DNA from: Bispira polyomma
Lineage: Eukaryota
DNA length: 64,000 bases
NCBI GenBank assembly: GCA_965649765.1
Contig: OZ287752.1
Coordinates: forward strand, 17,360,001 to 17,424,000
Reading direction: 5' to 3'
In this document: in pieces, positions 36,400-46,500 of the stretch
How positions within the stretch are numbered: position 1 is the stretch's first letter
How the letters are laid out: the number at the start of each line of letters is the position of its first letter
The notes under the pieces: model-generated
The model's input: only the letters and a program-made list of their open reading frames with translations
Database searches by the model: none
What the model was told of the DNA's origin: nothing
Position numbers and translations under genes: made by a program

Positions 36400-36670
36400 G
36401 TGTGTTATGTTAGTGGGAAATCGGCAGTGAAAGATACAGTAACACTGGCTGGTACATGTAAGTAATATATTTAAGTTGAGTGTTATGTTAGGGATTTAAC
36501 AGTCACACTGGATCTTAGATGTAAGTAATATATTTAGGTGGTGTTTTATGTTAACTGGACGTTATTTTAGACACTATGATACTAGATAAAAGATGTAAGT
36601 AAAAGATTCAGGTGGAATTTTACATCAGTGAAAGTTTTAAATACTGTATTGTTGAAAGTTACATGTAATA
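36400..36670 (+). repeat. Degenerate tandem copies of the exon 3' end and splice donor
   Basis: gtgttatgttag...acactgg...atgtaagtaatatattt repeated 3-4 times. Confidence 0.7.
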
Positions 36671-37579
36671 GAACAAGCTAAAAAATCATAGCATTTTACT
36701 TTTAGACTTTACAGTTTTTAAATATAGTCCACATTCTTTGATAATCTATTTGGCAGATCAGATGTATGACCTTAGATTAATGTCAACCAGTGGCACTGAG
36801 GGTACATGTCCTGGGCTTTTTGTTCATATTTGGAAAAACATCTTTTGTTTGGTATTATATTAACTTACTGGTGATTCAAGATTTTGTTGAATGAAAATGT
36901 TCTGTATTTACCGAAATGAGCTCAAGTTGATACCCTAAGTTCAAGGTGAATAATGACTAATATACTACGCTGTCAAATAAATTTAATACAGTGTTGAATA
37001 GATGCCCATTGAAGGCAGTATGACAACTTCATGAGAAAGCCTACAGTTTGTGTAACTTCTGCACATTTTCGTTTTAAGATTGATTTTTTCTTACTTTTGA
37101 TTTCATTCATCATTATTACTTTTGTAAGACTATTTGGTGTAGCAAATGATAAAACATCTCTTTGTTTACTTCATTCCCATATCTCATGAAGCTGCATTTT
37201 TCTCATTTAGAATTGTAAACATTTTTCACAGTAGTGCTAATACTTCTGCTTGTATCAAATTGTAGTTCCACATGATGTTGCAGTCATGCAGAGTCCCTCA
37301 GATTCTGTGTCAGGCGGTTCCACTCTGACCTTAACCTGTGAAGCTACAGGAGGTAACCCTGCTAAAGCGTTGTCTTATAGCTGGAGTTTTGTACCTCGAT
37401 ATGAAGGGAGCAGTTAGCTGAGTAGTAACACAGACAGAGAGTTAGAGTTTGACAGTGTAGAGTGAAAACAGGCTGGAGTGTACCGATGTGAGGTGACTAA
37501 TGAAGGAGGTGTGAACAGTGATAGCAGAGAACTACTTGTACAGTGTGAGTAATCTAGTGTATTTAGTTTGGTATTAACA

Positions 37580-37670
37580 ACAGTTTAAACTCATGACCCC
37601 AGAGGGGGGGAGGCGAGTGTGTTACCAGTACACTACCAAACACTCCCTGAAAGGTTGAACTCACTCTCAA
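37580..37670 (-). mobile_element. SINE head fragment
   Basis: aggcgagtgtgtta is the reverse complement of taacacactcgcct in the 57410 SINE. Confidence 0.5.
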
Positions 37671-37974
37671 TAATCTAGTCTTGTGTTTTAAAAGTCATTA
37701 TAGTTCTGATTAACTTGTAGAGTAGATACACTTTGATATAGTGTATAGACGTGATGTTATAAGGAGATAGATTGTGAAAATGGGAGTTACAAAGATCATG
37801 TACACTGTGAAGTTGTATGTTGATGATGTTTTTAATAAAAAGATAGAGTTTGACAATGAGTGTTTCTGATTACATATTATGTATTATTTAAAGCTATTTT
37901 ATGTTTTTCAATTGCAATTTATTTACTACTTCCAGTAGTTATTGTAAATATTTAAAATTGAACAGTATAAAAGT

Positions 37975-39487
37975 TGCATACAAACACATACAACGTTTAC
38001 ATACAACATTCACATACAATGTTTACATACATTTTGGTTTTCTGTATAATTGATGTTTATTTTTATTTGTTACAATATAATAATAAATATAATGTATCAG
38101 ACTTTTTTAGCGCTTATTTTCGTTGTAACGAATTCCAAGGCGCAAAAAAACCACAGCCAGAGTCGAAAAACATGGGTGATAGACAGAAGGAAGTCGTCAT
38201 CAATGCGTCCACCGAGAATGGGAAAGAGACTATGGAGGGAATGCATCATTGAACAGATAGGTCTTTAAACTGCGCCGGAAGGAATACAGAGATGGAGCTG
38301 TCCTAATGTGTTGAGGCAAACTATTCCATAGGGTAGGGGCATCATTTGCAAAACTTTTATCAAAGTGAACCTTTGACCTGTGTACTTTGGACTTATATTT
38401 TGGAACAAGAAGGAATCTATTTTTGGGAGCGGCTCTCCTGGTGTTGACATTACATCTTCTTATATATTTAATGTAAGTATACAATGAATATATTATGAAG
38501 TATAATCAGCATCAAATATACTTCAGTGTTTACAGTTTAAACTTGATCAAAATTATTGAGGTGCTAAAATTATATAACCTTTCATAACGTTAGATGAGGC
38601 AGATAACAATAGATAAAATACAGGTATACTATTGATAAGATCAAAACTAATAAAATAGCTATACATGTATATAGTAAAAATATAGTGCCTCACAAAAAAA
38701 GTTCTGTTTAATAAACATTGCAATGCTATGTTTAAGTGTGTAACTTAATTAACTTAATATAACACTATGCACTGATAATAATACACAGCTTTGATACTGT
38801 TCAATTTTAAATATTTACAATAACTACTGGAAGTAGTAAATAAATTGCAAAACTTTTATCAAAGTGAACCTTTGACCTGTGTACTTAGGACTTATATTTT
38901 GGAACAAGAAGAAATCTATTTTTGGGAGCGGCTCTCTTGGTGTTGACATTGCACTTGTAGTATTTCAAGTGTGGTTCAAAGTATTTAGGCAAACCTGAAT
39001 CGAGAAACTTATATACTATTGTAGCAGTTTTAAAAACACACTGATACAGGGAGCCAGTGGAGTGACTTCAGAATCGGTGAAGCATTTGAAAGCTGAGCAG
39101 AACAACTGACCAGACGTGCCAATGAGTTCTGGATGCACTGCAATTCTTTAGATCCTTTTTGGTCAAGCTGTGATACAGTGAATTGCAGTAGTCCAGTCTG
39201 CTACCAACCAGAGCATTTGCTGCAGTTATTGCAACCGATTTTGGAAGGTACCTCCTGATTCTCCTGAGGTCTCTGAGACCCATAAAGCATGACTTACACA
39301 CTGATTGGATATGACTGGAAAATGAAAAATCACTGTCAAACAAAACTCCCAGGTTCCTCACTTTATCAGTTGGGGATAACAGTGTTCCAAGAATGTTTGC
39401 AGGAAAAGAATTTGACAGTTCAGCACGTTGAGTGCCCGACCCAAACAATATGAATTTAGTTTTAGCAGGATTCAGCTTGAGCTTATT
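37975..39487 (-). mobile_element. 5'-truncated L2/CR1-type LINE, split by a rearrangement (pieces ~37975-38451 and 38845-39487)
   Basis: LKLNPAKT..VRNLGVLFD..SRLDYCNSL; PTLWNSLP..FRRSLKTYLF. Confidence 0.9.
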
Positions 39488-39634
39488 TAGTGCCATAAAT
39501 ATATATAAAAAGGAATATTTTGTTGTATGATTTAGGAATAAATTTGTACAGATTGTCTGAAATGTTTAAATATTTTAACATTCCCCTTTGGCACACAGAC
39601 ACAATGTATCTCATAAAAAGTTCATTGCAATTAC

Positions 39635-40817
39635 ATCTACTGTCTTTAATATCACTCTTCAAAGCAGTCATAATTACACTTCTGCACACCTTACAGGTAC
39701 TTCCTGTTTTTATAAGTTTCACACACATTTTTATACACGGATTGTTTCTTTACTACTTAGATCCCAGAACAAATGCATGCACCATGTTTTAAATAACCTA
39801 ATTGTGACATAAAACTAACATAACAAGCAAAGCGATACCCTCTGTATGCACTCTACACGTAAACTGTCCGTACATTTATTGGTTAATTTTTTGGATTATT
39901 CCTTGGTTGATAGATTTTTATTTTTGTACTACACAAAATGCATACCATCATTCATGTACTTTAAAAATCTAGTAAACAATACTAGTTGAACTTATTTCAT
40001 TTTTCTTATATTACTAACAGCATATACCTAGACTGTACACTACAATAATAATACAATAATGTAATGTAATAACAACCATCCAGTGAATGTCTATAAAATC
40101 TGCACTAGAACCATATAAGAGAAATAAGGGAGAAAAGAAGGAAATGCCGGAAATTTTGCAGACAAGTAGTGGTGATTAAACGTGTAGGTTAAGCATCATC
40201 AAGAAATTACAACAATCTTTGTGAAAATAGCTAACAGAGCCCTCACAAAACAAAGGTCCCCTATCTTTATAGACAAATTTATGTCTGTTTTGAGTGTTGT
40301 CAATCTTTGTCCTGAATCTTACTCCGGTAGGTATGTTTATATACTACAATGATAAAAGGTATCTTTTTAATTTTTATTCTAACTTACATTCATTCAAGAA
40401 TACTTTTAAAACTTGATAAGTGAAGAAAACACACACATAATTAAATATCTGTACAGCAAAGGCTTTGTGAGTGACAAATAAGCATGTATACTTTGCAAAC
40501 AGTCTGTCCTGAATAATATCTAGCTATTTATACGATATATTACAAAGACCATAACTAGGAAATTATTTACTCATGACCTATTTCAGAGAATAGCTAAACT
40601 AAGTACTGAAAGTACTGGTGAAAAAAATCTTTATTATCTGAAATGAGATTTGTTAAATGTGGACATGTTGGTAATCATGGGATTCTTCTTAAATATCCAT
40701 TATCTATTGTCTAGGTTGTCACCTTATTTGGTATGTTTTTTCATATCATTGGATATTAAAATTGTGTGAATATAATTATCAGTGTTATATAGATAATCAA
40801 CACAATATATTATATTT
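39635..40817 (+). repeat. Duplicate of the gene B upstream region (relic of a fourth receptor copy)
   Basis: Colinear with 14690-16520 except for the ~14.8-15.45 kb insertion. Confidence 0.85.
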
Positions 40818-41893
40818 CAGTCCACTTAAGTTATAAGGTATCAGGTAAGCCCAACTAACAAGGAGGAGGAATCGCAGAGGCAAAGGTATTAGGCACCACT
40901 GATGCTGCTTGTGATGTTTTTTGTAGGTAAGCCCAAACTAAGGATGATCTCCATAGCCAGTGGGCCATTATGTTTTGTAGAGATACGTTGTGATTGAATG
41001 CGAATGAAGCTCCAAAACGTGTGGAACCCATGTGAAGCATATGGAATGCAAATGTGTGTAAGAGCTTTTTCTAATGCTGTTCTAACATGAGTTTCTACTA
41101 CAGTATAGTGTGGAATCCCAGAGACTGCAAAACGTGGTGCAGCAGGAGGTAACTGTCTAGAAGCTAGTAATTTTTGTAGGGCTAATACTGGACAAATAAC
41201 CTTATATTCTAACTGTGGGATTTGTATTATATGCGTGTCTGTCCTATTTTGTAAATTCTTTGCCCATTTTAAGATAAAATGTCCCTGGATGTCCAAAAAT
41301 TACGTCCTGTCCTGGAACATGCTACTGATATCGGTGCCAATTGTACAATCTCAAACAGTCCCTTGGGTCTAGGACGAAATTTTGAGCTGATTGTAATGCT
41401 TTTGACAAAAAGTGCAATAGAATTGTTAAACGGGGTTAAATCCCAGTTAAATTTTTTGGCCATGAATTTTAGAGCAGAAATATAGTTTGCTACTGCAGCT
41501 GGAGAACTATTATTTCGTGTCAAATATTCCATAAAGGCCAGTACAGAATGAACAGAAATGTTTGATATGCCTGCAAACTTATTAAAGGCAAGAACAGTTC
41601 TAAACTGATTTTCATAAGCAGTGGAAGTCTTTGGTCTGAGAGCTGTGTCGATTCTTCCACACACTGAGGTGATGAGTTTCTAACTGATGGCAGTAGCACA
41701 TGCAATTGTATTAAGAAATTTAGGTCAAAATGTTGGTTAGGTACTAAATTCCAGACATAATTTTTGTATAGATTTTGTAACATGTCCCTGGTACGAGGGG
41801 TTTGACAGTAGATTCTGGAAAGGGCGTCTGCTATGACGTTCTTCTTGCCTGGAATGTACCTAATATCAATACTAATGTCATGTGTGGCTGTAA

Positions 41894-42520
41894 TGACCTA
41901 ATCACACCTACACGTGTTAATGTCTCTCAACGTACCCAATACACTGAAAACGTGGTAGTTCTGTGTCAAAGTGATGTCATTTACAAAAAGGGTAGTCGAT
42001 TGTGACGTTTTTGTGACGTTTCCTGACGTTTCGTGATGATGTTGGTACTTATACACACGGAGCAGGGGCAAAAAAATGGGCCCTTCACTGGTAGGATATC
42101 ACTGCTTACTACTAGGTGTAGCTACTGTACTGCTACTTACTGGTGCATTCTGCTTCGTTCTGCTGCTTAGTAAAACAAATACAACAAGTGGAGATGATCT
42201 CACTACCTACTAGGACCTCCACGCTACCTACTACTACATATAGCTACTTACTGATACATCTATGCTACTTTCGGAAACGTTCGGGGACGAACGGAGAAAC
42301 GGGGAGAAACGGGAGCTGTGGCTGTAGCGTTTCAAACAGTTTGAAACACTACACAAAAAAGACAAAACGGAGACATTTTGGAGACGATTATATCCGTCGG
42401 AAAACGTAAAGAAACAATCACAGAAGGGATCCTCATTTCCTACTACGTTTCAAACCGTTTCCTAAATTCACACAACATGACACAAACGTAGCTCTAGAAC
42501 GTGTAGGTGTGACCAGGACA
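41894..42520. mobile_element. PIF/Harbinger-type (Tourist-like) MITE inserted in the RNase H region of DIRS #2
   Basis: TIR core tcacacctacacgt/acgtgtaggtgtga; TAA TSD at 41891-3 and 42521-3; removing it restores the WLLTA codons. Confidence 0.9.
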
Positions 42521-44785
42521 TAAGCAGCCAAATATTTCTTAAACATAACGCTAGAAATTTGTCTTTTGTCTTTTGACTCTAAACAACCAGTACAATGGCC
42601 ATGTTGTCACAGTGAATTATCAGTCTACTGTGATCCCATTTTTCACCCCAAATTTTTAAAGCTAGGACAATATTTAGCATTTTTAGATGCACTATAGTAA
42701 GATCTCTTCCGTATACGTTAAAATATGTTGTAGAATATACTTCCTTATTCCAGACGCCTCCTAAACCTGATAAGCAGGCGTCCAGGTGTAACTTATCAAT
42801 GTGTGAAATGTTTTTATGGTTAATGTATGATGTACCATTGTATTGTGGTAAGAATTTTTTAAACCAAACTATATAACTACGCATCTTAACTGAAATTGTA
42901 AATTTTTTGGTATTCTGATCTTTCCTAAAGTCTAATAATAATCTGTATAAAAGTTCTGGCTGGTTTCACGAACTTGTGGACATATAATAATTTCCCTAAT
43001 AAAGACTGAAATTGTATACGCGAAATATGTAATTTTTTGGAAGTGTCATTTACCATTTGCAATATACTTAAGAGTTTTTCTTGCTGTATGCTAATTGTGC
43101 CCGTGATGATGTCAAAATCTATGCCCAAGCATGTAAGGCGAGTTGTGGGAGGTGTGAGCTTATCCTCGTTCATGGGGAAACCTAGCTTTAGTAGTGAATC
43201 CTTAAGAATATGGAAACCCTTATCAGCTTTCCTCTTGGTGCATACACACAAATAATCATTGATGTAACAAAAGACTTTAAAGCCACGTTTAGACATGTAT
43301 GTTGCTATGGCTTCCGAACAATGCTGGAAGACCACACTTCCATGTATCCACCCGAACGCGACCGCAGGGTCAATATATTGACCTTCAGCAAATTGTATAC
43401 CTAAATTAAGTGCATCAACCAGATCTACCCTTAAGTTACAGCGCTTGATCTGTAGTAGCCCTTATGGCTTCTATTATATGATCAATAGCGGGAAACTTTA
43501 AAGTAAATTTGACCCCATCGAACAGTGTTTTGTTTACGTTTTCGTTTAGTGACCGCCCTTGAGGATAAGGAAGGTTCAAGATGACCCTATGTTTGTCCGT
43601 GTCCTTGGGTCTAGTTAAGAGGGGTGAGCAGTGATAGTGTAATGCATTCATTTGCTAAACTGGGCCTAACATTGACCCCTTTGACTTTCTTTTTCAAGGT
43701 TTTGTCCAATTTCCTTAGTGTACTGAAGAGCAGAGTAATGATTCACATTCTTAGAATTGTTTAATTTTTCTGGTTCTGAAAGTGATAAAGGAAACCCAAA
43801 TTGTACATATTGTAATAGTAATTGATCTGGGTAGTCAGTGAGCATTTCCTACTAAGCCTTATGGTGTAATCCCGCGATCAAGGAAATTCTGGCTTGCCTA
43901 TAATTAGGGAGGTTTGTGCCTCTAATTATAGCAGCAATTTCCTTAATTTTTCAACTGACTCAATTTTTACTGGTTTCTGATCAGGACCAATAAACTCGAA
44001 TTTTGTTGAAGATAGAGGAATGACCCCCACTTTTTTCTCAGATTGACTGATGTCAAAATTTTCCTTAATGTTCGAAGTGTGGCCAGCACTCACTCCTTCA
44101 GTTTGGAAGAAGAAATCGCGTATCGGACAAGTGTATATTTTATCACAGGCCACACTCTTGAGAGTATTGCTTCCATGTGCAGTACTTATATTTGCTCTGT
44201 CTGCACTACCACTGCTACCTTCACTACATTCCTCATCGCACATAATATCAATAACATTAGTTGCACCATTATAGTTCTGGTACTTGTTGAAATTATCAGC
44301 TGGTACGCTGACACAATTCTGAAAATGACTGCCCCCACTGGAGCTGGACTGCAAATTATCATACAAGCATAAGTCATAATGTTTTGATACACAGTTATGA
44401 TCAGCCACCATGCCCTCATCTGAAACAATTAAAACATTACTGGAGTAAATTATGTTGACATTGTTTCCATTGTCGTGAACACAGTCAATATTTTTATTAC
44501 CATTAAGCAATAGTTTATAAGATTCATTACAATTGACAAATTTTTTAACAGTTTTAGCCTTATTAAGCACCTGAGCATTTATTTATTATTATGTATTTTT
44601 AACGCGCTTTATTGATGCCAGGCATCTTCTAAAGCGCAACAGCAGAATCAGTGATCCAATCGTAAAGTCCATAGGCATAGCAAGGTCGTAAGGGTAGGGG
44701 GGTTAACAGCTGGTTAATCAGCAAGCAACCAGACTGGGTATTAACCCACCCCATAGCATCCGACGGCAAGGGGTGCAACTCCCTT

Positions 44786-46021
44786 TCACGCTTTACATGG
44801 TGAAGGGTGCCGTAGCCAGGATTTGAGCTCAGGATGGTTCGAGTCCTTTCCTAGGATTCGGTTGCAGTGCCAGCAAATGTGTTTGTAGTTATTGTGGTCT
44901 GATTTGTGGCTGCACTTGTTATTATTATACAGTTTACAGATAAGTTTAGAATCGTTGTTAGTGTTAGTATTATTGTTACCTACATTTGCACTGTTGATCA
45001 TGGCTAGCTGGGACGCACTGAGTCTATTCAGTGACCACTGGGTGTCATTCTGCCAGGACAGTCGATCCTCCTCGACCTCATGCATACTGAGGGCACCGGC
45101 TGTCCTGACAACGTGCCACGGTAGAGATGAGGCGTCTCTTAACGCTGAAATTACATGCCTTATCATGTCTTTCATTTCCATAGGGTTGGGTACAACAAGG
45201 GTGTTAGCGAGCTGCCCTGCAGCCCACTGTGGCATTGTGAGTTCGTCGAAGGTCGGCTTTTTCTTCGAAAATCCCCCATCCCAACCTTCATTGGGCCATC
45301 TTACTCTAGGGTCCATAGTGGTAACATCTGTATTGTTAAAGCACCCTGATTTATGCTTAAGGGAAGCCTTACCTTGTGTTAAGTCATGTTGGGCAAGAGC
45401 CGAGTATTGTGGTAGTTGTCGATTGAATTCAGCCTGAACTTGTGGTAGTGATCTTAAAGCATCGAGGTTGGGTACTATCCCGGCTTGCTGGAATTCGTGT
45501 CCAGTGTAGCCTGTGTGTGATGATAAAGGGACGTCTCGTGCAGTATTCTGTTTGTAGGCCGACACCACACCGCTTGCCTGTGTGGGGAACGCGAACGCAG
45601 CGTTAGCCTGAGCTGATGGGTGAGAGAGGTAACTCATGTGTGGTTGATACCCAGACACGACGTGACCATAAGGCCCTGAAGTAGCTTGGTTATGTGGTAG
45701 GACACTTCCCGCGCCAAGTGAAGGCGTAGTTGCCTTCTGCCCGACAGCCAGCTCGTGACCAGATCTGAGAATAGGAGGTGTGTGTATTGTGAGTGCGTTT
45801 GTCAATACCTGTTGTTCTATTTTCTGTAAACGACCAGCTAAATCTGCGTTAAACGATTCTAATTTCATGAGGATGGCTAGCATCTGTTCTAAATTTTGAC
45901 TGTCGGAGACGTCTGAACCTGGCCTAACTAGTGGCCCCCGAGGTGCCATAATGGGCAAGGCATCGCTATGCATCTGTTGGATGGATTTATTATTACTAGA
46001 AAGGCTCGCTACTTGAGACAA
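44786..46021 (-). CDS. DIRS #2 gag-like ORF
   Basis: 411 aa; RWPNEGW, FDELTMPQW, CKLYNNNKC..HICWHC. Confidence 0.85.
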   Translation of the reverse strand: MSQVASLSSNNKSIQQMHSDALPIMAPRGPLVRPGSDVSDSQNLEQMLAILMKLESFNADLAGRLQKIEQQVLTNALTIHTPPILRSGHELAVGQKATTPSLGAGSVLPHNQATSGPYGHVVSGYQPHMSYLSHPSAQANAAFAFPTQASGVVSAYKQNTARDVPLSSHTGYTGHEFQQAGIVPNLDALRSLPQVQAEFNRQLPQYSALAQHDLTQGKASLKHKSGCFNNTDVTTMDPRVRWPNEGWDGGFSKKKPTFDELTMPQWAAGQLANTLVVPNPMEMKDMIRHVISALRDASSLPWHVVRTAGALSMHEVEEDRLSWQNDTQWSLNRLSASQLAMINSANVGNNNTNTNNDSKLICKLYNNNKCSHKSDHNNYKHICWHCNRILGKDSNHPELKSWLRHPSPCKA

Positions 46022-46269
46022 TTGACCGACAAGGTTCTGAACTATATCTAATAACTGTACCTAATACCTGCCTTTCCTTTGTCTTCCGTGAAGTCAGCGT
46101 TTTCTTAATACGGCCAATGTCGATTCCTTCACAATATGCACAATATAACACACAATAAAATCAAGTTAAAATAATAAAATCAAATATCTACAGTCCATTT
46201 GTTTCATAAAAATATTTTTCACTTATTGTTGTTCGAAATCTACAGCTTGAATTTTGAATTATTTTTTTT

Positions 46270-46500
46270 TATTTGGGATATTTAACGTCCACTCTAGTAC
46301 CTGTTTAGGTTATATTGGGACAGGTAGTTGCAAATGCTGGAGGAAACACTGCATACAGTTGATCAAGGTTCTGCACTGAAACCAGCCGCCTACAGTAAGG
46401 AACTACCACCTTTCCCACATAGGCATTAACAGGATTCGAACTCACACCGACCTGCTTCGCAACATTGACTGAGTGAGAATATGATAGTCCTCTTCTAACT
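46270..46500 (-). mobile_element. tRNA-derived SINE, same family as 55803-56060
   Basis: tgcatacagttgatcaaggttctgcactgaaacc core; B-box ggattcgaac. Confidence 0.85.

Larger units (their letters stand above)
31403..37544 (+). pseudogene. Gene C: IgSF receptor paralog, pseudogenised and 3'-truncated; exons 31403-31457 (signal peptide), 31813-32142 (V-set), ~33263-33583, 33747-34062, 36161-36457, 37266-37544
   Basis: MERILVITIMMCVLCLCV|gtaagt leader; Ig signatures. Lesions: AG>AA acceptor at 33261-2, +1 A frameshift near 34000, TAA at 34041, TAG and TGA in the last exon. No downstream Ig7, FN3 or TM exons found. Confidence 0.85.
40855..46180 (-). mobile_element. Degenerate DIRS (Ngaro/PAT-type) retrotransposon #2: gag 44786-46021, RT/RNase H fragments ~41700-44570, YR ~40855-41690
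   Basis: Strong similarity to element 1 (HCSPLLTRPKD, LKFPAID, YIND, DACLSGLGG, GASFAF..LWRSSLVWAY); many frameshifts; terminal repeats not found. Confidence 0.92.
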
